Translations under genes and position numbers: made by a program
Shown: positions 1 to 7,996 of the stretch, piece after piece
Layout of the letters: each line of letters starts with the position of its first letter
Position numbering within the stretch: position 1 is the stretch's first letter
The notes under the pieces: model-generated
Told to the model about the DNA's origin: nothing
The model's input: only the letters and a program-made list of their open reading frames with translations
Databases searched by the model: none
Source: Gammaproteobacteria bacterium
GTDB taxonomy: Bacteria; Pseudomonadota; Gammaproteobacteria; Burkholderiales; SHXO01
DNA: 55,536 nt
Direction of reading: 5' to 3'
Assembly: GCA_041488355.1 (NCBI GenBank)
Contig: JBGPPC010000002.1
Location: 1 to 55,536 of the forward strand

Positions 1-14
1 CAATCGCCCCAACA

Positions 15-1346
15 GTGACACTCTCGCCACGAACTGCAGACCTGATCATCACCGCCCGCTGGATCGTCCCGGTCGATCCTGTGGGGAGCGTGCTGGATCG
101 CCACGCGGTTGTCGTCAGCAAGGGCCGCGTTGTCGCGCTGTTGCCGTCGGACCAGGCAAGCGAGGCCTACGCCGCCGCAACCACGGTGGATCTGCCCTTT
201 CACGTCCTCATTCCCGGCCTCATCAACCTGCACACGCATGCGGCCATGACCCTCATGCGTGGCTTAGCCGACGATCTGCCTTTGATGGAGTGGCTCAACC
301 AACATATCTGGCCTGCGGAAGGCAAGCATGTCTCGCCGCAGTTCGTCTATGACGGCACACTGCTGGCGTGCGCCGAGATGCTGCGCGGCGGAGTGACCTG
401 CTTCAACGACATGTACTTCTATCCCGAGCAGGCCGCGCGCGCGGCGTTGGACGCGGGCATGAGGGCCGCGATCGGCATGATCTGCATCGAGTTCCCTACG
501 AGCTATGCAACCGATGCCCAGGACTACCTCCGCAAGGGACTGGCGGCGCGCGATCGCTTTCGCGCCGAGCCGCTGCTGTCTTTTTGCTTGGCGCCGCACG
601 CTCCGTATACTGTAAGCGACCGCAGCTTCGAGCAGATCGTCACCTATTCCGACGAGTTGGAGGTGCCCATCCACATGCATCTGCATGAGACACAGGATGA
701 GATCCGCGAGAGCTTGACGCGCTTTGGCGTCCGGCCGGTGGAGCGGCTCCGAAAGCTCGGCCTTCTCGGGCCGTCCCTCATCGCCGTGCATGCCGTCCAT
801 CTCTCGGAGGAAGAGATCGACCTGCTGGCCGCACAGGGCGCAAGTGTGGCGCACTGCCCTTCCTCCAACCTCAAGCTTGCGAGCGGCATGGCACCGGTGG
901 CCCGGTTCGTCGAGCGCGGGCTCAACACCGGGTTGGGAACCGATGGGGCTGCCAGCAACAACCGGCTAGATCTGTTCGAGGAGATGCGCATCGCCGCGCT
1001 CCTCGCCAAGGCAACCTCGGGGCGCGCCAACAGCGTGCCGGCGGCGACCGCCTTACACATGGCTACGTTAGGCGCGGCACAGGCACTCGGACTCGATCAA
1101 CACCTTGGCAGCATCGCACCCGGCAAGATGGCCGATTTGTGCGCGGTCAACCTCGACGCAATCGGCCTATCGCCCGTGTACCACCCGCTGTCGCACTTGG
1201 TCTATGCGGCCGGCCGTGAAGATGTGTCCCACGTATGGGTCGCCGGCCGCCTCGTTGTCGACCAAGGGCGCCTGACAGGGCTGGACGCTGGCGAGCTGCG
1301 GGCCAAAGCGCGAGCGTGGCAGACGCGCATCGCAGAGCAGTCATGA
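15..1346 (+). CDS. mtaD: Amidohydrolase-superfamily deaminase (MTA/SAH deaminase, TRZ/ATZ family)
   Basis: 443-aa ORF with family motifs INLHTHAAMTLMRG, HMHLHET, VAHCPSSNLKL and GTDGAASNN. Its stop overlaps the ubiG start (ATGA). The mtaD-ubiG-HAD order is known from pseudomonads. Confidence 0.8.
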   Translation: MTLSPRTADLIITARWIVPVDPVGSVLDRHAVVVSKGRVVALLPSDQASEAYAAATTVDLPFHVLIPGLINLHTHAAMTLMRGLADDLPLMEWLNQHIWPAEGKHVSPQFVYDGTLLACAEMLRGGVTCFNDMYFYPEQAARAALDAGMRAAIGMICIEFPTSYATDAQDYLRKGLAARDRFRAEPLLSFCLAPHAPYTVSDRSFEQIVTYSDELEVPIHMHLHETQDEIRESLTRFGVRPVERLRKLGLLGPSLIAVHAVHLSEEEIDLLAAQGASVAHCPSSNLKLASGMAPVARFVERGLNTGLGTDGAASNNRLDLFEEMRIAALLAKATSGRANSVPAATALHMATLGAAQALGLDQHLGSIAPGKMADLCAVNLDAIGLSPVYHPLSHLVYAAGREDVSHVWVAGRLVVDQGRLTGLDAGELRAKARAWQTRIAEQS

Positions 1347-2041
1347 GTGTCAACGTCGATCCGAAAGAGCTGGAGAAGTTCGGCCAGCTCGCTCACCGCT
1401 GGTGGGATCCCAACAGCGAGTTCAAGCCGCTGCACGAGATCAACCCGCTGCGGCTGAGTTGGATCGATGAGAAAGCCGGCCTGCTCGGCAAGCGAGTGCT
1501 CGACGTAGGCTGCGGCGGCGGTATCTTGTCCGAGGCCATGGCCGCGCGCGGCGCCGAGGTGACCGGGATCGATCTCTCCGACCCGGCGCTCAAAGTGGCC
1601 GAGCTGCATCTGCTGGAAAGCGGCGCGCGCGTCAAGTACATGCAGGCGGACGCCGAGGAGCTGGCGCAGCAGCAGCCCAGCAGCTTCGACGTGGTGGCAT
1701 GCATGGAAGTGCTCGAGCACGTGCCCGACCCAGCGCGACAGGTGATCGCGTGCGCACGCCTGCTCAAGCCCGGCGGACACGCTTTCTTCGCCACCATCAA
1801 CCGCAATCCCAAATCCTTCCTCCTGGCTATAGTCGGCGCGGAGTACGTGCTGGGGCTCCTGCCCCGCGGGACGCACGAGTATGCAAGGCTGATCCGACCC
1901 TCAGAGCTATCCGGCTGGTGCCGGCGCGCGGGCTTGAGCGTGGAAGCGATCATCGGCATGCGCTACAACCCGCTCACGCGCATCTATTCATTGGGTCCTG
2001 ACACCAGCGTGAACTACATATTCCACGCCCGCGCCGCATGA
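1343..2041 (+). CDS. ubiG: Ubiquinone biosynthesis O-methyltransferase
   Basis: Internal ATG at 1343 gives MSVNVDPKELEKFGQLAHRWWDP..., with SAM motif VLDVGCGGGILSE. The ORF-track start at 1235 is an out-of-context upstream extension. Confidence 0.92.
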   Translation: MSVNVDPKELEKFGQLAHRWWDPNSEFKPLHEINPLRLSWIDEKAGLLGKRVLDVGCGGGILSEAMAARGAEVTGIDLSDPALKVAELHLLESGARVKYMQADAEELAQQQPSSFDVVACMEVLEHVPDPARQVIACARLLKPGGHAFFATINRNPKSFLLAIVGAEYVLGLLPRGTHEYARLIRPSELSGWCRRAGLSVEAIIGMRYNPLTRIYSLGPDTSVNYIFHARAA

Positions 2042-2730
2042 ACAGCGTGCCCCCCTCTATCGCGTCGGGCGCGGTCTTGTTCGACCTCGATGGCACACTC
2101 GCCGATACCGCCCCCGACTTGGCCTATGTCTTGAACCTTCAGCTGCGCGCCCACGGCCGCCCGGAGCTGCCGGTTGGCGCGTTGCGCCCGTATGTTTCGC
2201 ATGGCGCGCGCGGCATGCTGCGCGCCGGCTTCGGGCTGGAGGCGGGCGACGCAGCCTATCTCGCCTTGCGTGACGAGTTCCTGGACTTGTATGAGCGCAA
2301 TCTGTTTCGAGAGACGAAACTGTTTCCCGGCATGGCCGAACTGTTGACCAGCCTCGAGCAAAGAGCCATTGCCTGGGGCATCGTCACCAACAAGCTCGAG
2401 CGCTTCACTTTGCCTCTGATCGCGGCGCTCGGCCTGGCTGGGCGAGCCGGGTGCGTAGTCGGCGGAGACACGACCGCGCGCGCCAAACCCTTTCCTGATC
2501 CGCTGCTCGAGGCGAGCCGCCGGCTCGGCGTCGAGCCGGGACAATGCACGTATGTCGGCGACGACGAGCGCGATGTCCAAGCCAGTCACGCCGCGGGTAT
2601 GACCCCGGTCGTGGCTCTGTACGGCTACCTGGGGGACGGCAGGCCGCCGCAGGAATGGGGCGCAGACGCCTACATTGAGCATCCCCTCAAGCTCTTGAAA
2701 CTGCTAGAGACATCTCCATCTGTGGGATAA
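2038..2730 (+). CDS. HAD-superfamily phosphatase (phosphoglycolate phosphatase Gph / MurNAc-6P phosphatase MupP-like)
   Basis: HAD motif I LFDLDGTLADT and motif IV VGDDERDV. The start overlaps the ubiG stop. Confidence 0.8.
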   Translation: MNSVPPSIASGAVLFDLDGTLADTAPDLAYVLNLQLRAHGRPELPVGALRPYVSHGARGMLRAGFGLEAGDAAYLALRDEFLDLYERNLFRETKLFPGMAELLTSLEQRAIAWGIVTNKLERFTLPLIAALGLAGRAGCVVGGDTTARAKPFPDPLLEASRRLGVEPGQCTYVGDDERDVQASHAAGMTPVVALYGYLGDGRPPQEWGADAYIEHPLKLLKLLETSPSVG

Positions 2731-2894
2731 TTGTCCGGGTCGAGAGTCGATCGTCGAGTCGGTGCCATTGCTGTTTCTTAAACCGATTCCCTGACTCCTG
2801 ACATGGGGGCGACCTGGTTTCGACGTGGGTCGCGAAGCAGCGCAGCGCATGCCAAGGTCCAGTCACCTTGTAAATCAGCTGGAAATCTATAGTC

Positions 2895-2927
2895 GCCAAC
2901 GACGACAGCTACGCTCTAGCCGCCTAA
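2895..2927 (+). other. tmRNA tag reading frame encoding ANDDSYALAA followed by a stop
   Basis: AAATCTATAGTC precedes GCC AAC GAC GAC AGC TAC GCT CTA GCC GCC TAA. This parallels the E. coli AUAGUC-GCA resume context and the ...YALAA tag. Confidence 0.85.
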
Positions 2928-3161
2928 TACCGGCTAGACTCTGCTCCCGGTGTGCTCATGGGCCGGATCTGATCCCGCAAGGGTGATGAATGCAGAGTCA
3001 TTCGCATGAGATCGTGCCACGCAGGGTTACTTTGCTCGGCACTAAATCGCTAGGTAACTCGCCAATCATCAGCCCGCCGGCCGGCGGTTGAGCGGTTAAA
3101 TCAAATGGCCAGGCTAAGCATGTAGAGCTGACTGTAGAGGACTTGCGGACGCGGGTTCGAT

Positions 3162-3462
3162 CAGTTCGGGTCGCCTCTGCCCGTAAGGGCAGAGTGAACA
3201 CGGGGCTCACATCGGTGAAACCTGACGCCGCCGAAAGGCGGCATGGCAACGCCGAGGGGTAGGGAGAGGGCCAACCTCAGACCTGCCCTGTAGAGACTCA
3301 TAGACTGGCTGACACCGGGCAACCGGTGAGAGCGAGCACTAGGATTCGTCGATTGAGATGACGGATAACACGCCCCGCATCCTGGACCTGCCACGGTGTA
3401 TGGCCGTGACAAGACAGGATGAAGGCATAGTCCAGCCTGTCTCGAAAGAGACGGATATGCTG
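3162..3462 (+). mobile_element. Group I intron (IC3-like core) inserted in the tmRNA T-loop
   Basis: It follows a U and ends in G. Complementary segments occur in group I order. P1 is 3158-3161/3170-3173, with U:G at the splice site. P2 is 3175-3182/3187-3194 with a GUAA loop. P3 is 3201-3206/3372-3377 and P4 is 3212-3217/3250-3255. The P5 hairpin is 3227-3232/3237-3242 with a GAAA loop. P8 is 3378-3384/3415-3421. A J8/7-like AAGGCATAGTCC lies at 3422-3433. P9 is 3437-3443/3448-3454 with a GAAA loop. TCGGTGAAACCTGACGCC...ATGGCAACGCCGAG resembles the Azoarcus tRNA-Ile intron P4-P5 region as I recall it. Confidence 0.85.
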
Positions 3463-3487
3463 TCCCGCCGCCTCCACCAATGCCCCG

Positions 3488-3524
3488 ACGCCGAGCGGAG
3501 TTTCCGCTCGGCGTTTTCTTTTTC
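3488..3524 (+). terminator. Rho-independent terminator of ssrA
   Basis: Perfect 11-bp stem ACGCCGAGCGG/CCGCTCGGCGT with loop AGTTT, followed by TTTTCTTTTTC. It begins 9 nt after the CCA end. Confidence 0.8.
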
Positions 3525-3533
3525 AGGCGACCT

Positions 3534-4022
3534 ATGGACTACTATCGCGCCGTTAGACAACTTACCGCAGCAGATGCAGCGTACATCGCAGGCCTCGTGG
3601 ATGGAGAAGGCACCGTTACACTCACCACGATGCACCGCGGTGACAACCGGCCGTTGGTGGTAAGCATCTCCAACACCGAGCGTGGGCTGTTGGAGTTCGC
3701 TCAAGCGGCCCTGGGCGCGGGGCAGATCACCGGCAAGCGAACCTACAACGTTAAGCACACCCCCAGTTTCGCCTTCCGCGTCACCAGCCGCCAAGCCGTC
3801 GAACTCTTGCGTCAGGTCGCTCCCTATCTGCGATCCTACGAGGCCGTGCGTTCCTGCGCCCCACCAGCACCCAAACGCCGAGCGGAGTCCCCCCCGGCGT
3901 TCTGTTTTCTTCCTCTCGGAGGTCGGCGTCCAGAGGATCAGGCTTGGCTCATGCGGAACCAAACAAGCCCCACCCGCTCGAAGTTAGAGCAGCGCTCCAG
4001 CGCCTGTGCGGAGTTTTTGTAA
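3534..4022 (+). CDS. LAGLIDADG-family homing endonuclease, probably C-terminally truncated or decaying
   Basis: Starting at the ATG at 3534, the product reads MDYYRAVRQLTAADAAYIAGLVDGEGTVTL... and carries the LAGLIDADG motif. The following beta-beta-alpha-beta-beta-alpha pattern parallels I-CreI up to APYLRSYE. From codon 107 (nt 3852) the frame runs into the duplicated tmRNA 3' fragment and becomes low-complexity. Confidence 0.75.
   Translation: MDYYRAVRQLTAADAAYIAGLVDGEGTVTLTTMHRGDNRPLVVSISNTERGLLEFAQAALGAGQITGKRTYNVKHTPSFAFRVTSRQAVELLRQVAPYLRSYEAVRSCAPPAPKRRAESPPAFCFLPLGGRRPEDQAWLMRNQTSPTRSKLEQRSSACAEFL
3852..3913 (+). repeat. Decayed second copy of tmRNA exon 2 plus its terminator (displaced 3' end, attR-like)
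   Basis: TCCTGCGCCCCACCAGCACCCAAACGCCGAGCGGAGTCCCCCCCGGCGTTCTGTTTTCTTCC aligns by eye with 3463-3524 (TCCCGCCGCCTCCACCAATGCCCCGACGCCGAGCGGAGTTTCCGCTCGGCGTTTTCTTTTTC) at roughly three quarters identity. The acceptor strand is 2 nt short and the terminator stem is broken. Confidence 0.75.
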
Positions 4023-4143
4023 CGCCCGGAGCAGGGACATTCACGGTTACAGGCGTAACAAACGCGGCGACCAATGGAATCCTGTCGTAAGGCCCGAGCA
4101 CTACTCTGCGTTATAACGACGTGTTGGGAGTTGGAGAACGAAC

Positions 4144-4752
4144 ATGAACATAGCATCCGACCGGCCCAGACCCTGGCATCTGACGATGGCTTTGGCTGCA
4201 ATCAGCGCTTTTATCCTGGTCCACCCAGCCGCAAGTCGGGCCGATGACGCCGGCGTTTACGCCGGGCGCTCCCTGCCCTCGGGCCTACCGGCCACCGCGC
4301 AGAAGGATCAGGGGCAGCTCGCGCTCGAACCGGGCAGTGCAGCACTGGGCGGAGATGCGACGCGCCTGGAGGGACAGCGCATTTTCGCTGGTTACCGATT
4401 GGCACCTGGGTTTGCGTTGGAGGGGGCCCAGATCCGAAGCGGCGCTTCCAACTTCGGGACGGGCAACGAGACGATCGTGGTGGCCGGAGTCGGCTCGGTG
4501 CCGCTGAGCGATTCTGTCAGCCTACTGAGCAAGTTAGGGGTGAGCTATCAGACGTCGGCGTTCGCTGGGGGCGGTGCGTCCCTATCGGAGGTCACGAGCG
4601 GCGCGCCGGTTTACGGGCTCGGAGTGTCCGTGCAAGTCCGCGACAACGTCGAAGTGCGTGCGCAGACTGAGCATCTCGGGCGGCCTGCCAGCGCCGTGCA
4701 AGGGCCTGCAGCGTCTGATTCGGTGTTGCTAGGCGCCAATGTCCGCTTCTGA
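4144..4752 (+). CDS. Small outer-membrane beta-barrel protein (OmpA-like/OmpW-like beta-barrel domain)
   Basis: Signal-like N-terminus ...MALAAISAFILVHPAASRA, alternating Gly/aromatic strands, and a C-terminal ...LLGANVRF ending in Phe. The start may be the internal Met near 4186. Confidence 0.55.
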   Translation: MNIASDRPRPWHLTMALAAISAFILVHPAASRADDAGVYAGRSLPSGLPATAQKDQGQLALEPGSAALGGDATRLEGQRIFAGYRLAPGFALEGAQIRSGASNFGTGNETIVVAGVGSVPLSDSVSLLSKLGVSYQTSAFAGGGASLSEVTSGAPVYGLGVSVQVRDNVEVRAQTEHLGRPASAVQGPAASDSVLLGANVRF

Positions 4753-4975
4753 CGGACGTGTGCGGCATCCGTAGTCTCTTGGCAGGAATTGTGGCGTCGT
4801 TAGCACGGCACGCGTTGTCGGCTCCAGAAGCCTGTCGCATCCGGCGGACCGCAGCCCAATCACTGTAGCCGCGCGCTGCCGGTTCGGCGCGAGCGCGCCC
4901 TTTCGCAGTCGCTAATCGATCAATGCCTTGAAGCGGGGCGCCGATATCGGCGCCCCCCAGGGCGAGCCATCGCCC

Positions 4976-6865
4976 ATGAAAAGCAGCGTGCCTCGAGGCA
5001 CTGACCTAATAGATCCGATGCAGCCCGAGGGGGCGGGTAAGGGGAACAAGCCCGAACAACTCGGCCTTCTGGAGGAGATCCTCGACAATCAACTGCTCGA
5101 GGCTCACTTCCAACCTATCCTGGATCTGGGCAGCGGTGAGGTGATCGGATTCGAGGGCTTGATCCGCGGACCGGCCAACACGCCGCTGCGGCCTCCGATC
5201 GAGCTGTTCCGCTGCGCCACGAAGTACGGCCATACTCTGCGCCTGGAGCGGCTGTGCCGGCAAACCGTGCTGCAGACGTTTGCCGGACTCGGCCTGCCGC
5301 ACAAGTTGTTCCTCAACGTACGGCCGCAGTGCCTGGCGCTCCCCGGGTTAGGCATTGCAGCCACCGGCGAGCTGCTCACGCGCCTCGGCTTGTCGCCCGA
5401 GCGCATCGTGATCGAGCTCACAGAGAACTTGCCCATTTTCGACTTCGCGTCGGTGCGCGCGGCGCTCACCAGCTACCGCAATATGGGGTTCAGTGTCGCG
5501 ATCGACGACTTGGGCGAGGGCTTCGCGAGTTTTCGAACCTGGTCCGAACTTCGGCCCGAGTACGTCAAAGCGGACATGCATTTCGTCCAAGGCATCGACA
5601 GCGACCCGCTCAAACTGCAATTCCTCAAGTCCATTCAGCAGATCGCCGACACCTGCCGCTCGCACATCATCGCCGAGGGCGTCCAGACCGAGGCCGAGCT
5701 CGCCGTGATCCGCGATCTAGGCGTTCCCTACGGTCAGGGAAATCTGATCGGGCCACCGCTCGCTTCGCCCGCGCTTCATTCCCCGAAAAATGTGCTGCAG
5801 ATCCTGCGTCAGAGGGAGATTGCGGTTTATCCCGAGAACCTGGTCCTGCACAGCAACACGGTCACGGCCGCGAAGCTCTTGATCCACGTCGACCCAGTCG
5901 CCTCGGCGACGCCCAACGCAGACGTATATGCTCGCTTCGCGCGCAACCCGTCGCTGCACGCGATCCCGGTTGTAGAAAATGGGGTCGTGTTAGGACTGCT
6001 CAATCGCCACGCGTTCATCGACGCATATGCTCGCCCTTTCCGCCGGGAGCTGTTCGGGCGCAAACCCTGCCATCCGTTCATGGATGCAGAGCCTCTGGTG
6101 GTGGAGAAGGACATCACCATCCAGGAACTTTCGGCACGGCTGGTGGACGCCGAAAGCCGATATCTCGCGGAGGGCTTCGTGCTCACTGAGCATGGGCGCT
6201 ACGCCGGGCTGGGCACCGGCCGCGACCTGGTGCGCGAGATCACCAACCTGCAGATCACAGCGGCGCGCTATGCCAACCCTCTAACCCTTCTGCCTGGCAA
6301 CGTTCCCGTCAACGAGCACATCGAGCGCCTCCTGCGTGCGGGTGGCACGTTCGTAGCCTGCTATTGCGATCTGGACCACTTCAAGTCCTTCAACGACGCC
6401 TATGGCTACCGGCGCGGCGACGACATGATTCAGCTCACCAGTCGCATCTTGTCGGAGGCCTGCGATCCGCGCCGCGATTTCATCGGACACATCGGTGGCG
6501 ACGATTTCATCGTCCTGCTGCAGAGCGCCGACTGGGTAGCGCGCACGCGCGAAGCGCTGGAGCGTTTCGATCAGCAGAGCTCGAGCCTCTATACCAAACA
6601 GGACCTCGCGCGCGGCGGGTTGCTGGCCGAGGATCGAAGTGGAAATGCGGTGATTCACCCACTCGGCGCGCTATCCATCGGCGCCGTGCTGGTTGAACCC
6701 GGCGACTACGCCTCGCACTACGAGGTGTCTGCCGCAGCGGCCGAGGCCAAACGACAGGCGAAGCGCGCTGCTGGCAGCAGCATCTTCGTTGAGCGTCGCA
6801 AGCCCGGCCTGGAACACAGATCAGCGAAACCGCCATCCGACCAAGATGGCCTCGCGAAGACTTAG
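4976..6865 (+). CDS. c-di-GMP signalling protein with EAL, CBS-pair and GGDEF-like (GGDDF) domains
   Basis: EAL motifs are EGLIRGP, IELTE, AIDDLG, KADMHFV and IAEGVQTEAE. A central CBS-like pair follows. The C-terminal NPLTLLPGN...DLDHFKSFNDAYGYRRGDD...IGHIGGDDFIVLL is a GGDEF fold with GGDDF in the signature position. Confidence 0.85.
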   Translation: MKSSVPRGTDLIDPMQPEGAGKGNKPEQLGLLEEILDNQLLEAHFQPILDLGSGEVIGFEGLIRGPANTPLRPPIELFRCATKYGHTLRLERLCRQTVLQTFAGLGLPHKLFLNVRPQCLALPGLGIAATGELLTRLGLSPERIVIELTENLPIFDFASVRAALTSYRNMGFSVAIDDLGEGFASFRTWSELRPEYVKADMHFVQGIDSDPLKLQFLKSIQQIADTCRSHIIAEGVQTEAELAVIRDLGVPYGQGNLIGPPLASPALHSPKNVLQILRQREIAVYPENLVLHSNTVTAAKLLIHVDPVASATPNADVYARFARNPSLHAIPVVENGVVLGLLNRHAFIDAYARPFRRELFGRKPCHPFMDAEPLVVEKDITIQELSARLVDAESRYLAEGFVLTEHGRYAGLGTGRDLVREITNLQITAARYANPLTLLPGNVPVNEHIERLLRAGGTFVACYCDLDHFKSFNDAYGYRRGDDMIQLTSRILSEACDPRRDFIGHIGGDDFIVLLQSADWVARTREALERFDQQSSSLYTKQDLARGGLLAEDRSGNAVIHPLGALSIGAVLVEPGDYASHYEVSAAAAEAKRQAKRAAGSSIFVERRKPGLEHRSAKPPSDQDGLAKT

Positions 6866-6933
6866 GCGCCACAAATAGCACACCAAAGCCGGCCCGGCGA
6901 GGGAAGGGAGGCAGCGTGCGGCTCCGCCGTAAC

Positions 6934-7938
6934 TCAGCGTGGCGCCGTGGTCGCGGATTGGCCCGGGGCCGCAGCCGGGATCTGCTGAGTCAAGGCAGCA
7001 CGCAACCGCGCTTCGCGCTCGGCCAGTTTTTGACGGAACTGCGCGATGGCTGCCTGTCCGGCCTGCTCACCCTCGAGAATGGCGAGATGGCGGTTCTGAA
7101 AATCGGTCGAGCTGAGCTTGCTGATGTCTGGTTTGATAATTACGTCCGCTCCGCTCAGCTCCTCGCTGGCGATCGTGTTGCCCATGATCGTGAAGGTCTG
7201 CAAGAGAATGTCGAGCGTACCCTCGATGGGCTTGAGCGACGGCTTGGCGGAGATGTCGGACGCTATCACGATGTCCGCTCCAAGACGTCGCGCGATCTTG
7301 ACCGGGACGGGACTTACCAGTCCGCCGTCCACATAGTCGCGGCCGTTGATGCGCACCGGTTGGAACACACCTGGTACCGCGCTGGACGCGCGTACCGCCA
7401 TGCCCGTGTCCCCGCGCTGGAACACTATCGCTTCGCCACTTTGGAGGTCGGTGGCCACCACCGCCACTGTGCGGTTCAGCTTCTCCAGCGGGCGGTTTTG
7501 CACGGCCTTGTTCACGAACTGCTGCAACGCCTCGCCCTTGAGAAAGCCGCGGTCAGGCAGCGAGTAGTCGCTGAACATGGACTCGTTGAGATCCAACGCG
7601 ATGCGCTGCAGCGCGAAGCCGTCGTTGCCCGCGGCATACAACACACCAACCAAACTGCCCGCGCTGGTGCCGACGATGATTTCGGGTTGAATGCCCTGCG
7701 CTTCGAGGGCTTTGATCACTCCGATATGCGCGAAGCACTTGGCCGCACCACCGCCCAGCACCAACGCAATGCGCGGCGCCGGAAGTTTAACCTCGGGGAC
7801 AGCGACCGGCACAGTTGGGCTCGCCGCGGGTTGCCCCTCGTCGGACTTCTGCGACTCGACTTTGGGCGCGCTCTTCGCCGCGCAGCCGGCGAGCAGCGCG
7901 AGACATACCAGCGCAGCGGCGGCCGCACGGCGGATCAT
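6934..7938 (-). CDS. Patatin-like phospholipase (RssA-like) lipoprotein
   Basis: Lipobox LLAGC, oxyanion motif LVLGGGAAKCFAHIGV, nucleophile GTSAGS, and DGG near the C-terminus. Confidence 0.85.
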   Translation of the reverse strand: MIRRAAAAALVCLALLAGCAAKSAPKVESQKSDEGQPAASPTVPVAVPEVKLPAPRIALVLGGGAAKCFAHIGVIKALEAQGIQPEIIVGTSAGSLVGVLYAAGNDGFALQRIALDLNESMFSDYSLPDRGFLKGEALQQFVNKAVQNRPLEKLNRTVAVVATDLQSGEAIVFQRGDTGMAVRASSAVPGVFQPVRINGRDYVDGGLVSPVPVKIARRLGADIVIASDISAKPSLKPIEGTLDILLQTFTIMGNTIASEELSGADVIIKPDISKLSSTDFQNRHLAILEGEQAGQAAIAQFRQKLAEREARLRAALTQQIPAAAPGQSATTAPR

Positions 7939-7996
7939 CGCAGTAGAGAGTTCAGAGGCAAAGGCTTCGCGGTACCGGGATCAGCGCCCGACTGGG

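Larger units (their letters stand above)
2805..3479 (+). ncRNA. ssrA: tmRNA (ssrA), interrupted in the T-loop by a 301-nt intervening sequence; exon 1 is 2805-3161 and exon 2 is 3463-3479
   Basis: The 5' end GGGGGCGACCTGGTTTCGACG is typical of tmRNA, and a resume codon and tag ORF are present. The 3' body ...GCTAAGCATGTAGAGCTGACTGTAGAGGACTTGCGGACGCGGGTTCGAT closely matches the E. coli tmRNA 3' region. The acceptor stem 2805-2811 pairs with 3469-3475 and includes a G3:U pair, followed by a discriminator A and CCA. The spliced length would be 374 nt. Confidence 0.93.

Noticed and set aside
3289-3308. A second GTAGAGACT...TAGACTGG stretch resembling a J8/7-P7 element, which might indicate a nested or duplicated intron core
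   Set aside because: No matching second set of P3/P8 partners could be found around it. A 9-nt similarity can be chance. The region is treated as unexplained peripheral sequence of one intron.
2805-3479. The possibility that this is a two-piece (circularly permuted) tmRNA
   Set aside because: The order is standard (acceptor 5' strand, tag, pseudoknot region, T-arm, acceptor 3' strand). The only discontinuity is the T-loop insertion, with splice-site-like U and G boundaries.
3463-3913. A classical integrase-mediated genomic island at ssrA
   Set aside because: No integrase or other island cargo is in the window, and the interval is only about 390 bp. It is kept only as an alternative origin (a deleted remnant) in the findings.
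2998-3962. Several 60-207-aa ORFs (for example 3339-3962 minus and 3358-3663 plus) across the tmRNA, intron and endonuclease region
   Set aside because: They overlap structured RNA (the tmRNA body and intron helices) or run antisense to the LAGLIDADG frame. They have Arg/Pro/Gly-rich junk composition and no motifs.
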